DNA of 64,000 bases, taken from contig NC_052146.1 in assembly GCF_902713615.1 (NCBI RefSeq), positions 192,839,199-192,903,198 on the forward strand, read 5' to 3'. The DNA comes from Scyliorhinus canicula. Taxonomy: Eukaryota. The position numbers were made by a program, and so were the translations under genes. A model generated the notes under the pieces. The model worked only from the letters and a program-made list of their open reading frames with translations. It had not been told where the DNA came from and did not search any database. Positions 62,834-64,000 of the stretch are shown here, piece by piece. Positions within the stretch are counted from its first letter, which is position 1, and each line of letters opens with the position of its first letter.

Positions 62834-64000
62834 CTTCCCTGATGCACTCTTATCCTCAGAAAGTGACAGAAAACATTATCCTTCATGTTAAATACCCTTG
62901 GCTTATATTCCCTTGAGTTTAGAAGATTATAGGGTGATCTATTTGACGTTTTTGATAAGAAGGCAGGATCTAATAGATACAGAGAAGCTGTTTCCTCTGT
63001 TGGGGAAATCCAGCTCAAGAGGGTGCAATTTTATTTAAAATTTGAGTCCAGTCATTCAGAAGGGAAATCAGGAAACACATTTTCGCGCACACAGTAGAAG
63101 AAATGGGGAACTCTCCCTCAAATGTGGATGATGGAGGCCATTGGAGCACTCAAGAATGAGATCAATAGATTTTTGTGAGAATAGGGTATTGGGTGAATGA
63201 TGTTTAGGTGTACATCAACCATGATCTAATTGAATGGTGGAGCAGGCCACAGGGCCTGAATAACTGTTTCCAGTTCCTTCGGTCCAGAAGTAAAGCGACT
63301 ATCTAACCCACTGCATCATCTAATGCGCATGAGCCAGGACGGCATGGTGGCTCAGTGGTTAGCACTGCTGCTTCACGGCGCCGAGGACCCGGATTCTATC
63401 CTGGCCCCGGGTCACTGTCTGTGTGGAGTTTGTATATTCTCCCAGTGTCTGCATTGGTCTCACCCCACAGCCCAAAAATGCAGGTGAGGTGAGTTGGCCA
63501 TGCTAAATTATCCCTTAATTGAAAAAAAAAAATAGAATTGGGTACTTTAAATTGATTTTATTAAAATGAACATGAGTCTAAAACATAAAACTGTCCCTAG
63601 TTTAGAACTATGTTTTGCAACAGTCAACAAGACCCAAGAATGGTCAGCTTGGAAGAAAATAAAACTTGAGTTGGAAAAAAAAAAACTTGACATCCGGTTT
63701 TATGTAGACCAAAGTGAACAGCGCCGTTTTCAAGACACACAACACATCAGGATTTCTTCTCAATATTCAACTCCTGGCTATTGGGTAGTTCCTTGCCCTT
63801 TATTGATTGGTAAATTCTCTAGAGTTCTTTTTTAGAAATAAATTTAGAGTACCCAATTATTGTTTGACGTGGCAATTTAACGTGGCCCATCCAACTACCC
63901 TACATATCTTTGGGTCGTGGGGTGAGACCCCGCAAACACGGGGAGAATGTGCAAACTCCACACGGACAGTGACCCAGAGCCAGTATCGAACCTGGGACCT

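Overview
Repeat-dense vertebrate genomic DNA, most likely from a shark; the HE1/V-SINE, HER1-type CR1 and DeuSINE content fits a catshark such as Scyliorhinus. The only host gene I can support is the 3' end of MTHFD1L (mitochondrial 10-formyl-THF synthetase) on the + strand. It has three coding exons (21486-21593, 23978-24130, 62715-62804 including the stop), a 2.4-kb and a 38.6-kb intron, more than 21 kb of upstream intron, and probably one more intron in the 3' UTR (donor at 62828). The rest is intronic and mostly nested transposons. These include a full-length, young antisense L1-clade element (45351-51211, 16-bp TSD) with a tandemly duplicated 5' end, an older deleted L1, CR1/HER1, L2, Rex1/Babar and Penelope fragments, a decayed Harbinger transposase with three GC-rich 3-bp-TSD MITEs, a hAT MITE, two solo LTRs and dozens of SINEs. 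The most interesting pattern is that one tRNA/V-SINE body occurs with two different tails. The long form has a CR1-type (TGTTCTA)n tail and little TSD. The short form has a poly(A) tail and 10-16-bp TSDs like the resident L1, which suggests a SINE that switched its partner LINE. Repeat family names come from recognising motifs by eye, not from a database search. Boundaries without a stated TSD are approximate.
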